From positions 1 to 52,116 of the forward strand of contig JAPOSH010000196.1 of NCBI GenBank assembly GCA_026709815.1: a DNA stretch of 52,116 bases, written 5' to 3'. The notes under the pieces are model-generated. The model was not told the origin of the DNA, made no database searches, and was given only the letters and a program-made list of their open reading frames with translations. The translations under genes and the position numbers were made by a program. Every line of letters begins with the position of its first letter. Position 1 is the stretch's first letter. Shown one piece after another: positions 44,176-52,116 of the stretch. Origin of the DNA: a bacterium (GTDB taxonomy: Bacteria; Actinomycetota; Acidimicrobiia; Acidimicrobiales; Bin134).

Positions 44176-44955
44176 GTGCTTCGAGTCGGCCTGATCGGGT
44201 GCGGGGCCATCGGATCGGTGGTGGCCCGCGAGCTGTCGCGAGGGGCAGTGGGCGGCGCCGAGCTGACCGCGGTGTTCGATCTCGTCGTCGACCATCCGCT
44301 GCGAGTGGAGAACAGGGATTCGCTGCTGGCGCGATCTGATGTGGTGGTGGAGGCGGCTGGTCATGGGGCGCTGCGCGAGCACGGTACGGCGGTGCGGGAA
44401 GCGGACACCGATTTGCTGGTGGTGAGCATCGGGGCTCTGGCCGATCAGGATCTCGAAGCCGAGCTCAAAAGTGCCGAGGGGGGGCGGCTGTTCCTGTGCA
44501 CCGGCGCCATCGGCGGGTTCGACATCCTGCGGGCGGCCATGCTCCTCGGCCCGCTGGACGAAGTGTCCATCACCAGCACCAAGCCGGCTGCGGCGCTGTG
44601 CCGGCCGTGGATGGACGAGGCGGTGCAGGAGGCCTTGGTCCGCGGCTCAGAGCCGGTCACGGTGTTCGACGGCCCGGCCCGGCAGGCCTGCGCCCTGTTC
44701 CCGGAATCGGCCAACGTGACCGCCACCTTGTCGCTGGCCACCATCGGGTTCGACCGAGTGCGAGTGCAGATGACAGGCGACCCGGCGGCGGCGGGGGTGC
44801 GCCATGTGGTGGCCGCCTCCGGGCGGGCGGGGGCCTACGAGCTGTCTTTTCAGAACGCCGCCTCCCCGGACAACCCTCGCACCAGCGCGGTCACCGCCTA
44901 CTCCGTTCTGCGGGCCCTCGGCGACATTCGCCGTCCTCCGGTCTTATTCCTGTGA
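44176..44955 (+). CDS. nadX: L-aspartate dehydrogenase-like (NadX/DUF108 family)
   Basis: GLIGCGAIGS Rossmann start, GAIGGFDILRAA, FPESANVTATLSLA and SPDNPRTSAVTAYSVLRAL resemble Thermotoga NadX motifs (GAIGGLDVL, FPRNINVAST, SPENPKTSMLTVYSILRAL). Confidence 0.8.
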   Translation: MLRVGLIGCGAIGSVVARELSRGAVGGAELTAVFDLVVDHPLRVENRDSLLARSDVVVEAAGHGALREHGTAVREADTDLLVVSIGALADQDLEAELKSAEGGRLFLCTGAIGGFDILRAAMLLGPLDEVSITSTKPAAALCRPWMDEAVQEALVRGSEPVTVFDGPARQACALFPESANVTATLSLATIGFDRVRVQMTGDPAAAGVRHVVAASGRAGAYELSFQNAASPDNPRTSAVTAYSVLRALGDIRRPPVLFL

Positions 44956-45050
44956 GGGCACGGTCCTTGTATAGACCGGCGGGCACCGGTAATTTGGCCC
45001 CCCAACAGCCGCGTGCCTTCGAGCGGGCATACGGGCGATAGGGGGGTCTC

Positions 45051-46325
45051 GTGGTAGAGCTGCCGGAACAGTTTATCTTCAACACCTTTGCCTTTTTGGT
45101 CTGGGGCGCGTTGGTGATGTGGATGTGCGCGGGATTCACGATGCTGGAGTCCGGCGCAGTTCGCACCAAGAACGCCTCCATGATCTGCCTGAAGAACATC
45201 GGCGTCTACTCGATCGCCGGGCTGGCCTATTTCATCATCGGCTACAACATCATGTACGTCGATGTGGGCGACCTGATCGGCTCCTTCGAATTCCTCTACG
45301 GTCCCTCGGGCGCCGAGAAGGCGCTGCTCAACGATAATCTGGATGCGGTCGCCAGCGTGGTGGACAACGGATACGCCGTGATGTCCGACTGGTTCTTCCA
45401 GATGGTTTTCGTGGCCACCGCCGCATCCATCGTGTCGGGGGCCATTGCCGAGCGCATCAAGCTTTGGTCGTTCTTCGCCTTCACCTTGATCTTGACCGCG
45501 TTCATCTACCCCATCGTCGGTGCTTGGACCTGGGGAGGCGGTTGGCTGGCCGAAAGGGGCTTCCAAGACTTCGCCGGATCCACCATTGTGCACGGCACCG
45601 GTGGCTGGGCGGCGCTGGCCGGGGTGCTGGTGGTAGGCCCCCGACTGGGCAAGTTCAAAGCAGACGGCAGTGTGAGGTCGACCCCCCCCTCCAACGTGCT
45701 GGTGGTAACGCTGGGGGTGTTCATACTGTGGCTGGGCTGGTTTGGATTCAACGGCGGCTCCCAGCTGGCCTTGGGCACTCCGAAGGATGCGGTAGCGATG
45801 ACCATCGTGCTGGTGAACACCAATCTGGCCGCGGCAGCCGGGGTGCTTGCCGCCTTGGCTGTCTCCCGGTCGATTTTGGGCCGGATCGATCTCTTCGCCG
45901 GCCTGAACGGCGCCATCGCCGGGCTTGTGGCCATCACTGCGGGCCCCACCATGGTGGACCATTGGTGGGCGATGGTCATCGGCGCCATCGGCGGGCTGTT
46001 GTGCACCCTGGCCATCAAGGCGCTGGAGCTGGCCAAGATCGACGATGTGGTCGGGGCCATTCCCGCCCACCTCGTGGCCGGCATCTGGGGCACCCTGGCG
46101 GTGACCATTGCCGCGGGCGGGCGGTTCCACATCCAGCTTCTGGGCGTCGTCTCCGTGGGGGCGTTCGTATTCGCTGTATCGCTAGTGGCGTGGAAGGCGC
46201 TGGACGCGCTGATGGGCCTGCGGGTGTCTGAGGAGGTCGAGCGCATGGGTCAAGACGTCGGCGAGCTGGGCATTGAGGCGTATCCCGAATTCGTGCTGAT
46301 GCCCGAACCCAGCGATTTGGACTGA
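45051..46325 (+). CDS. amt: Ammonium transporter (Amt family)
   Basis: FTMLESGAVRTKN, DFAGSTIVHGTGGWAALAG and FGFNGGS motifs. 424 aa, 11-12 TM helices. Confidence 0.93.
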   Translation: MVELPEQFIFNTFAFLVWGALVMWMCAGFTMLESGAVRTKNASMICLKNIGVYSIAGLAYFIIGYNIMYVDVGDLIGSFEFLYGPSGAEKALLNDNLDAVASVVDNGYAVMSDWFFQMVFVATAASIVSGAIAERIKLWSFFAFTLILTAFIYPIVGAWTWGGGWLAERGFQDFAGSTIVHGTGGWAALAGVLVVGPRLGKFKADGSVRSTPPSNVLVVTLGVFILWLGWFGFNGGSQLALGTPKDAVAMTIVLVNTNLAAAAGVLAALAVSRSILGRIDLFAGLNGAIAGLVAITAGPTMVDHWWAMVIGAIGGLLCTLAIKALELAKIDDVVGAIPAHLVAGIWGTLAVTIAAGGRFHIQLLGVVSVGAFVFAVSLVAWKALDALMGLRVSEEVERMGQDVGELGIEAYPEFVLMPEPSDLD

Positions 46326-46372
46326 TCGCCCTTCGCCTCCGGTCTGTTGTCGCCGGACCGGGCGGGGCGAGA

Positions 46373-47134
46373 TCAGTTGCAGGGCTCGGTGGGGGCCACG
46401 GCGGGGAGCCGGCCCGCCCTCATCGAGGTCACCGACGTGCTGTCGGTTTCCCAGATAACCCGGTAGTCGGCATCGCCCTCGTCAACCGGTACGAACTGGA
46501 TGGAGTTGCCGCTGCCGTCGGCCCTGGGGGAGACCACCAGCCGCTCCCCGAACAGTTCTTGGAGCTGGGCCTCGGTGCTGCCCACGCTAGCCCCCGACCG
46601 GGTGGAGATGGCTGGGTTGGTGATGTCCACCCGCTCAATGCTGCTGTTGTACACCGTGAACACCAGACCCTCGGGGCCATTGGCCGGCGCCAGCAGATAG
46701 CAGCGGGGGGTGCTGTCCTCAGCGCCGCCCGTCCATACGGTGGGGATCGCCTCGGCGGCCTCTTCGGGGCTCATGCCGAAGTAGAGGGACCCGAGTCCCA
46801 CAGTGCTGAGCTTGTCGGAGCTGCTGAAGGCCGGATTGCTCAGATCAACCGGCTGGGGCCGATCCAGTGGCTCGGCGGTGGAGACGAGAATGGGCGTGGG
46901 CTCTGCTTGGGGCCCTGGGGTGGGCTCGGTCTGCGGCGCCGGCTCGGGCACGTCGAGATCAATGTCCTCAATGGCGACGGGCTCTTCCACGGCCGCCGGA
47001 GTGGCGGCCGGCGTCGGTTCTTCGCCAGCCGCAGTGGACTCCGGCGCGGTCTCCTCGGTGGAGTCGCCATCGTCGTTCCCGCAGGCGGCGAAGAACACGG
47101 TCAGCACGGCCAACAGGGCAATCAAGCGTCGCAT
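46373..47134 (-). CDS. Secreted lipoprotein of unknown function
   Basis: MRRLIALLAVLTVFFAACGND (signal plus lipobox), a Pro/Glu/Thr-rich linker, then a globular C-terminal domain. Confidence 0.6.
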   Translation of the reverse strand: MRRLIALLAVLTVFFAACGNDDGDSTEETAPESTAAGEEPTPAATPAAVEEPVAIEDIDLDVPEPAPQTEPTPGPQAEPTPILVSTAEPLDRPQPVDLSNPAFSSSDKLSTVGLGSLYFGMSPEEAAEAIPTVWTGGAEDSTPRCYLLAPANGPEGLVFTVYNSSIERVDITNPAISTRSGASVGSTEAQLQELFGERLVVSPRADGSGNSIQFVPVDEGDADYRVIWETDSTSVTSMRAGRLPAVAPTEPCN

Positions 47135-47176
47135 GGCAGCGAGCGTACTAGGAACAACAACAGCGTGTGCGTCGTG

Positions 47177-47249
47177 TAGGCCGCCTGGGACTCGAACCCA
47201 GCACCTTGAGATTAAAAGTCTCCTGCTCTACCTGATGAGCTAGCGGCCC
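47177..47249 (-). tRNA. tRNA-Lys (anticodon UUU)
   Basis: The minus strand reads GGGCCGCTAGCTCATCAGGTAGAGCAGGAGACTTTTAATCTCAAGGTGCTGGGTTCGAGTCCCAGGCGGCCTA. This is a 73-nt cloverleaf with anticodon loop CTTTTAA. Confidence 0.9.
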
Positions 47250-47299
47250 GCCCACACTGTATCGCCCAGAGCCCGGGGCAAGGTCAGTAAAATGCCCCG

Positions 47300-47494
47300 G
47301 TGGACTCCTGGGAAACCCTGCTCGACGAAGTGGAGGCCGAGGTGATCGATGTGGAGTCGGTGCTGGCCGAGCTCGACGACCTCGATCTTGACGCCCTGCG
47401 TGTGCGGGTCCAAGCGGCCACCGCCGACGGCAGCATCGCCCGGCGCCCCGTCATCCAGCGCTGCGCCGAGTTGACTCGCAGCCGAACCGACTAG
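47300..47494 (+). CDS. Small acidic hypothetical protein (64 aa)
   Basis: GTG start with strong GC3 bias consistent with coding. No recognisable family. Confidence 0.4.
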   Translation: MDSWETLLDEVEAEVIDVESVLAELDDLDLDALRVRVQAATADGSIARRPVIQRCAELTRSRTD

Positions 47495-48102
47495 CCGAAT
47501 TTGGCCGGGGGGACCGGTGCATCCGCCTCTTGGAGGTCCGCGCCGTCGAGGGGGCGGAAGCGCTCGCCTGCTGCCATCTGGCCGTTGGCCACCGTTACCC
47601 ACCGACCGCTCATGTTGGCCACCCGGTCCGGACGGCAGCCCAGATGGCCTTCCAGCGAACGGATCACCCCCCCGTGGGTGACCACCGCCGCGGTTTGCTC
47701 GCTGACCAGCGCCGCCAATCTTTGGAGACCGGCCAATACCCGGGCCAACAGCGCGTCGTCTTGTTCCCAGCCCGGCGGCCGGCGCCCTTCTTCTAGGAAC
47801 CCGGGGTAGCGCTCTTCGATCTCGGCGCGGGTCAATCCGGAGAACTCCCTCACGTCCCGCTCGATCAGCTCGGGCATCGGGATCGGCGGGTCGCAGCCCG
47901 TGATCTCGGCGATGATCTCCGCGCTCACCCGGGATCGCTGTAGGGTAGAGGCGGCGATCACATCCACCGGCTCGAGCCGAGCTGCGGCCGCTGCGGCCTG
48001 CCGGCGGCCGAGCGGTGACAGCGGCGGGTCGGCTTGGCCCTGCCAGCGCCCGAGAGCATTCCACTCCGACTGCCCGTGTCTGAGCAAAAGGAGGCGGGCC
48101 AT
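47491..48102 (-). CDS. Histidine phosphatase (phosphoglycerate mutase-like) family protein
   Basis: The ATG at 48102 opens MARLLLLRHGQSEWN (RHG catalytic motif) and ...VVTHGGVIR. The remainder of the listed 597 aa ORF lies antisense to mshA. Confidence 0.85.
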   Translation of the reverse strand: MARLLLLRHGQSEWNALGRWQGQADPPLSPLGRRQAAAAAARLEPVDVIAASTLQRSRVSAEIIAEITGCDPPIPMPELIERDVREFSGLTRAEIEERYPGFLEEGRRPPGWEQDDALLARVLAGLQRLAALVSEQTAAVVTHGGVIRSLEGHLGCRPDRVANMSGRWVTVANGQMAAGERFRPLDGADLQEADAPVPPAKFG

Positions 48103-48159
48103 GGCGCTTAAAAGTACCGGACGGTGGTTGCGCTCGGTGATTCCCGTACACTCTGGTAG

Positions 48160-48396
48160 ATGGCCACGCTGCGCCTGTTCGCTCATGTCAGAGAAGCGGC
48201 GGGCACTGGAAGCGACGAAGTGCCCGGTGCCACCGTGGAGCAAGTGCTCGCTGCTGCGGCGGATCGCTATGGGGCGGCTTTCGCCGATCAGCTTCAGATC
48301 TGCCGGGTGTGGCTCAACGGTGAGCCGGCAACCGGCGCCGAGCCGGTGGCCGACGGCGACGAGGTGGCGGTGCTGCCCCCCGTCTCCGGGGGCTAG
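48160..48396 (+). CDS. MoaD/ThiS-family ubiquitin-like sulfur-carrier protein
   Basis: 78 aa ending ...DGDEVAVLPPVSGG, the beta-grasp C-terminal Gly-Gly. Confidence 0.75.
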   Translation: MATLRLFAHVREAAGTGSDEVPGATVEQVLAAAADRYGAAFADQLQICRVWLNGEPATGAEPVADGDEVAVLPPVSGG

Positions 48397-48408
48397 GGTC
48401 GCATAGCG

Positions 48409-49638
48409 GTGACCCAAGACCCTGTGACTCGAGATGTGGCCGTCTTGTCGCTGCACACCTCGCCGCTGAAGCAGCCGGGCGTGGGTGACAGCGGCGGCAT
48501 GAACGTCTATGTGCGGGAGATGGCCGCCGCGCTGGCCCACGCGGGCAGCGCGTGCCGGGTGTATGTGCGTCGGGACCGTGATGGGCTGGCCGATGAGGTT
48601 GCCATCGAACCGGGCGTCACTGTGGTCCACGTGGACGCCGGTCCCTTCGGGTTGAAAAAGGAAGGCCTCCCTGAGGTGGTGGACGAGTTCGCCGCAGGAG
48701 TTCTGGCTCATTTCCGCCGCCGCGGCCATCCCGACGTCATCCACGCCAACTACTGGCTGTCGGGGGTGGCCGGCCACCGGGTCAAGCACGCGGTGGATGT
48801 GCCTTTGGCCGTGACCTTTCACACGCTGGCCCGGGTGAAGGAGGCCGCGGGCGATCCTGAGTCGGAGCAGCGGGCCCAGGCCGAATCTGAGGTGATCGGC
48901 TGCGCGGATGTGGTCATCGCCTCCTGCGAGCCGGAAGCCCACCAGCTTCAGCGCTTCTACGATGCACCGCCGGAGCGGATCGAGCTGGCGCCGCCGGGGG
49001 TTGAGCATGCGCTGTTCTCTCCCGGCGACCGGGAAGGCGCTCGGGCTGCCCTCGGCTTGGGCCGCGGCCCGGTTTTGCTCTTTGTGGGCCGGATCCAGCC
49101 GCTGAAGCGGCCACTGGCGGCGGTGGAGACGCTGGCCTGTCTGGCGCGCCCAGAGGTGCGCCTGCTGATCGTGGGCGGGCCCAGCGGCCCCGACGGCGAA
49201 GCGGAGTATCGGCGCCTGCGAGACCGCATCCAGTCGCTGGGGCTCACAGACCAGGTGACGCTGGTCCCGCCCCGTCCTCACCACTTGCTGTCCACGTACT
49301 ATCGGGCCGCCGATGTCGTTCTCGTTCCCAGCCGCAGCGAGTCATTCGGGCTGGTGGCCCTGGAGGCCGCGGCCTGCGGAACCCCGGTGGTGGCCGCGCC
49401 GGTGGGGGGCTTGCGCTCGGTGGTGGACCACGGCCGCACTGGAATTCTGGTAGAAGACGCCACCCCGGCGGCTTTCGCGGCCGAGACCGCCGCTTTGATC
49501 GATAATCCGCTTCTCGCCGCCGAGATAGCCATGAATGCGGCCGATCGGTCCCGGTCCTTCTCCTGGGCCGCCATGGCCCGTTCCCTGCGAGCCGCCTACC
49601 GCAAGGTCCAGTCCCTCGTCCCCATCAGCTGCTCGTGA
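48409..49638 (+). CDS. mshA: D-inositol-3-phosphate glycosyltransferase (mycothiol biosynthesis, GT4)
   Basis: VAVLSLHTSPLKQPGVGDSGGMNVYV is the MshA N-terminal signature. C-terminal E-x7-E region (PSRSESFGLVALEAAACGTPVVA). Confidence 0.88.
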   Translation: MTQDPVTRDVAVLSLHTSPLKQPGVGDSGGMNVYVREMAAALAHAGSACRVYVRRDRDGLADEVAIEPGVTVVHVDAGPFGLKKEGLPEVVDEFAAGVLAHFRRRGHPDVIHANYWLSGVAGHRVKHAVDVPLAVTFHTLARVKEAAGDPESEQRAQAESEVIGCADVVIASCEPEAHQLQRFYDAPPERIELAPPGVEHALFSPGDREGARAALGLGRGPVLLFVGRIQPLKRPLAAVETLACLARPEVRLLIVGGPSGPDGEAEYRRLRDRIQSLGLTDQVTLVPPRPHHLLSTYYRAADVVLVPSRSESFGLVALEAAACGTPVVAAPVGGLRSVVDHGRTGILVEDATPAAFAAETAALIDNPLLAAEIAMNAADRSRSFSWAAMARSLRAAYRKVQSLVPISCS

Positions 49639-49677
49639 TGTTGCCAGGGCCATGATGCCGTCGATGTCGTCGCGGTC

Positions 49678-50175
49678 ATGATGTCGCCAGGGTCGAACTC
49701 GGCGCAAAACGGCGAGGGCTCGCCGCTGTCGGTTGAGGAACTAGCTGCGGTGGAGGCAGATGTCGATGTTTGGCTGGAGGATCAGCTCCAGACCAATCCC
49801 ACCGTGCTCACCGTGGACCGAGGCGAGCCCGGCCAACGTCGCTGGCATGTGCGAATGGTCGGAGAGGAGAAGACGGTTTCGACTGTGTGGCTCACGCTCG
49901 GCCAGCGCCAGTTGCATTGCGAGTGCCATTTCATGCCCGCGCCCGAGGAGAACGAAGGCCGGCTGTACGAATACCTGCTGCGTCGCAACCGCGAGCTCAC
50001 CGGGCTGCGGTTCGCCATCGGCGCGGAGGACGCCGTGTACCTTGTGGCCGAGCTGCCAGCCCGCGCCGTGACCGAAGCGGGGATAGACCGGCTCCTGGGC
50101 TCGTTCTATGCCTACTCGGAGCGGTGGTTCCGCCCCTGCATGCGAATCGGCTACCAGACTCGGTTCAAGGCCTAG
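49678..50175 (+). CDS. YbjN-domain protein
   Basis: WHVRMVGEEKTVSTVWLTLGQRQLHCECHFMPAPEEN...LRFAIG. The gene lies directly downstream of mshA, as the YbjN-like gene does in mycobacteria. Confidence 0.65.
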   Translation: MMSPGSNSAQNGEGSPLSVEELAAVEADVDVWLEDQLQTNPTVLTVDRGEPGQRRWHVRMVGEEKTVSTVWLTLGQRQLHCECHFMPAPEENEGRLYEYLLRRNRELTGLRFAIGAEDAVYLVAELPARAVTEAGIDRLLGSFYAYSERWFRPCMRIGYQTRFKA

Positions 50176-50232
50176 AAATTTTTATTATATAAAAATTATT
50201 TTCATTGTTTTTGAATAAATAGCAATATATGC
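50174..50232. promoter_or_regulatory. Extremely AT-rich intergenic patch upstream of proC
   Basis: TAGAAATTTTTATTATATAAAAATTATTTTCATTGTTTTTGAATAAATAGCAATATATG is about 60 nt of almost pure A/T in a GC-rich window. Confidence 0.4.
50177..50197. repeat. Perfect 9-bp inverted repeat with 3-nt spacer
   Basis: AATTTTTAT (50177-50185), tat spacer, ATAAAAATT (50189-50197). Confidence 0.85.
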
Positions 50233-50335
50233 TGCTGATGCAGTGCTCCGGGCCGGGAGAGAGGATCGGGGAAGTCCCCTCACCGGCCGGAGCATTTGCC
50301 CGCCAAAAGGGGCGCCGGCCTGCTATAGCAGTGAG

Positions 50336-51130
50336 ATGGCACGAAAACTGCAACTCATCGGCGGGGGCCGCATGGGAGAGGCCCTGCTCGGCGGCCTTCT
50401 GGCCGGTGGCTGGGCGGCGCCGGGCGAACTGGCTGTCGTGGAGAAGATCCCCGACCGGCGGAAAGCCCTGGCCGGGCGCTTCGCGGGCGTGACGGTGGCC
50501 GACGAGATCCTCGAGCCGGCTGACGCCGTTCTGGCGGTCAAGCCCGATGATGCCGTCCTCGCCGCCGGCAGCCTCAAAGCCGCGGGGGTGGGCCGAGTCC
50601 TCAGCATTGCGGCCGGTGTGACCACCGCGTTCCTCGAAACGGTGCTCCAGCCCGGCACCCGGGTCGTCCGGGCCATGCCCAACACCCCTGCGCTGGTGGG
50701 CGCCGGTGCGGCGGCAATCGCCCCGGGCCGGTTCGCCGACGAGGGCGATCTGGATTGGGCCACCGGCGTGCTCGAGGCGGTGGGCACGGTCGTGGTGTGC
50801 CAAGAGCCGATGCTCGACGCGGTCACGGGGTTGTCCGGTTCGGGACCGGCGTATGTGTTCTGGTTGGCGGAGGCGCTCATGGCCGCCGGCGAAGAGGTCG
50901 GCCTCTCCGCTGACATGGCCGATGCCCTCACCCGTCAGACCCTTTTGGGGGCGGCCCGGCTGCTGGTGGAGTCGGGAGAGCATCCGAGCGACTTGCGGGC
51001 CGCGGTCACCTCTCCGGGGGGCACCACTGCTCGGGGCATAGCTGAACTAGAAGCCCGCCACGCGGCCGCGGCGTTTGCGGCCGCCGTTGCCGCGGCCACC
51101 CAGCGCAGCCGGGAACTGGGCGGTGGCTGA
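50336..51130 (+). CDS. proC: Pyrroline-5-carboxylate reductase
   Basis: IGGGRMGEAL Rossmann start, RAMPNTPALVG, LSGSGPAYVF and VTSPGGTT motifs. The ATG at 50336 is preferred over the ORF start at 50243. Confidence 0.92.
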   Translation: MARKLQLIGGGRMGEALLGGLLAGGWAAPGELAVVEKIPDRRKALAGRFAGVTVADEILEPADAVLAVKPDDAVLAAGSLKAAGVGRVLSIAAGVTTAFLETVLQPGTRVVRAMPNTPALVGAGAAAIAPGRFADEGDLDWATGVLEAVGTVVVCQEPMLDAVTGLSGSGPAYVFWLAEALMAAGEEVGLSADMADALTRQTLLGAARLLVESGEHPSDLRAAVTSPGGTTARGIAELEARHAAAAFAAAVAAATQRSRELGGG

Positions 51131-51246
51131 CAAGGCCAACCTCAGACAAAGCGGGCATTTCCTGCTTCTGGACGAGCGGGGGTAGCGCACCGCGGGCGAG
51201 TCCGCGTAAGGTGAGCGGCGCACAGCGGAGTGAGGGGTGTGTTGGC

Positions 51247-51441
51247 ATGGCAAAGCCAGAACGGCGGGAAAAGCTCATGACCGTGGCAGAGGTTGCCGCA
51301 CTCATGAGAGTCTCAACGATGACGGTCTATCGGCTCATCAAAGCCCGGGACTTGCCCGCGGTGAGGATCGGCAAGTCGTACCGATTGCACGAAGCCGACG
51401 TCGACCGCTACCTAGCCAGCCGCTATACCCAGGCCGGCTGA
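51247..51441 (+). CDS. Excisionase-family (MerR-like) helix-turn-helix DNA-binding protein
   Basis: LMTVAEVAALMRVSTMTVYRLIKARDLPAVRIGKSYRLHEADVDRYL. This is the conserved small HTH gene found after proC in Actinomycetota. Confidence 0.8.
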   Translation: MAKPERREKLMTVAEVAALMRVSTMTVYRLIKARDLPAVRIGKSYRLHEADVDRYLASRYTQAG

Positions 51442-51484
51442 CACTGCCGCTGCCCTTTGGCCTCAACACCGCGTCGGCCACGCC

Positions 51485-52116
51485 GTGACGCTGCGGTACA
51501 GCACCGTCTCGTTCTTGTCCGATTACGGCCTGAGCGACGAGTTCGCCGGGGTGGTGAAGTCGGTTATCCGCTCGATCGCCCCTGATGTGGCGGTGGTGGA
51601 CATCACCCATGACATCGCCCCCCATGATGTGCGGGCCGGGGGTTTGGCCCTGGCCCGCAGCGCCCAGTACCTAGCGGCCGGTGTGGTGCTGGCGGTGGTC
51701 GATCCCGGTGTGGGCGGCAATCGCCGGGCCGTGGCGGTTGAGGTGGGCGACGGCAGCTCGGTGTTGGTCGGCCCCGACAACGGTTTGCTGGCCCCGGCCG
51801 CGGCCATGGTGGGGGGTGCCTCTCGAGCGGTTGAGCTCACCGCTGAGCGCTTTCACCTCCCGTCGGCCGGTCCGACTTTCGCAGGCCGCGACGTGTTCGC
51901 TCCCGTGGCGGCCCATCTGTGTCTAGGCGCCGACTTCGCGGCATTGGGGAGGCTCATCCCCACCCATTCGCTGACTCCCGGCGTGGTGCCGGTGAGCCGG
52001 GCCGACGGGGAGTCGATTCACGCCGAGGTTTTGTGGATCGACCGGTTCGGCAATGTGCAGCTCAACTTGGACCCGGACGAGATCGCGCCCTGGGGGGACG
52101 CCGTGCGGCTCACGGC
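51485..52116 (+). CDS. SAM hydrolase / SAM-dependent halogenase family protein (DUF62), 3'-truncated by the window edge
   Basis: My own translation from the GTG at 51485: MTLRYSTVSFLSDYGLSDEFAGVVKSVI...VVDITHDI...LAVVDPGVGG...GPDNGLL...FAGRDVFAPVAAHL. It is not in the ORF track because no stop codon falls inside the window. Confidence 0.8.
   Translation, partial: MTLRYSTVSFLSDYGLSDEFAGVVKSVIRSIAPDVAVVDITHDIAPHDVRAGGLALARSAQYLAAGVVLAVVDPGVGGNRRAVAVEVGDGSSVLVGPDNGLLAPAAAMVGGASRAVELTAERFHLPSAGPTFAGRDVFAPVAAHLCLGADFAALGRLIPTHSLTPGVVPVSRADGESIHAEVLWIDRFGNVQLNLDPDEIAPWGDAVRLT

Noticed and set aside
44956-45050. A possible GlnR box upstream of amt (GTAAT-n6-CCAAC).
   Set aside because: It matches the actinobacterial gTnAc-n6-GaAAc consensus only weakly, so I cannot tell it apart from chance by eye.
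46326-46372. An imperfect hairpin between the convergent amt and lipoprotein genes, considered as a bidirectional terminator.
   Set aside because: The stem has several mismatches and no flanking T or A tracts, so support is too weak to annotate.
48103-49284. The upstream 390 codons or so of ORF 47491..49284.
   Set aside because: They are antisense to the MoaD-like gene and mshA. The histidine phosphatase RHG motif begins at the ATG at 48102.
1-52116. CRISPR arrays, rRNA genes, and intact prophage or integrase genes.
   Set aside because: I saw no regularly spaced direct repeats, no rRNA-like conserved stretches, and no integrase or recombinase ORF in any frame.

Overview
A 52.1 kb, very GC-rich chromosomal segment. 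The gene content points to Actinomycetota: mshA for mycothiol, a WhiB regulator, F420-type LLM oxidoreductases, an MMPL transporter, ClpS next to DUF2017, and proC followed by a small HTH gene. The caa3-type oxidase (CtaC with a fused cytochrome c domain) suggests a deep-branching lineage such as Acidimicrobiia rather than Mycobacteriales or Streptomyces. I call about 60 features.

Layout from left to right:
- 1-373: a decayed IS3 fragment.
- 0.6-6.2 kb: an ABC importer flanked by two LLM oxidoreductases.
- 6.2-11.4 kb: GPP34, an SDR, an epoxide hydrolase and an MMPL transporter.
- 11.5-15.9 kb: a tightly coupled minus-strand CoA-dependent catabolic operon (MaoC, ACAD, MaoC, CoA-transferase, CitE-like lyase).
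- 16-22.6 kb: a P450-centred catabolic cluster.
- 22.7-23.8 kb: a degraded islet next to tRNA-Glu (hipB, a hipA stump, a frameshifted HNH/DUF222 remnant).
- 23.9-26.2 kb: NfeD and SPFH, then DUF2017 and ClpS.
- 26.2-36.7 kb: a respiratory supercluster (ctaA, ctaB, three unusual membrane genes, ctaC-ctaD-ctaE-ctaF-ctaG).
- 36.7-52.1 kb: serS, a DUF4143 ATPase, ccdA-tlpA-whiB7-like, then housekeeping genes (orn, dut, nadX-like, amt, tRNA-Lys, mshA, proC, and others).

The most interesting signal is at 28.2-31.5 kb, directly upstream of the canonical oxidase genes. It holds a full-length heme-copper oxidase subunit I paralog in which all six metal-ligand histidines and the key proton-channel residues are substituted. 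It is followed by a degenerate subunit III paralog and a polytopic protein carrying the subunit III N-terminal two-helix module. Together these look like a catalytically dead shadow copy of the oxidase core.

Secondary leads are a WhiB7-like regulator with an attenuator-like leader that overlaps tlpA-ccdA, the tRNA-Glu islet, and two sharply AT-rich palindromic intergenic patches.

All functional calls come from motif and family recognition on the supplied translations. No database search was possible, so novelty is unverified.
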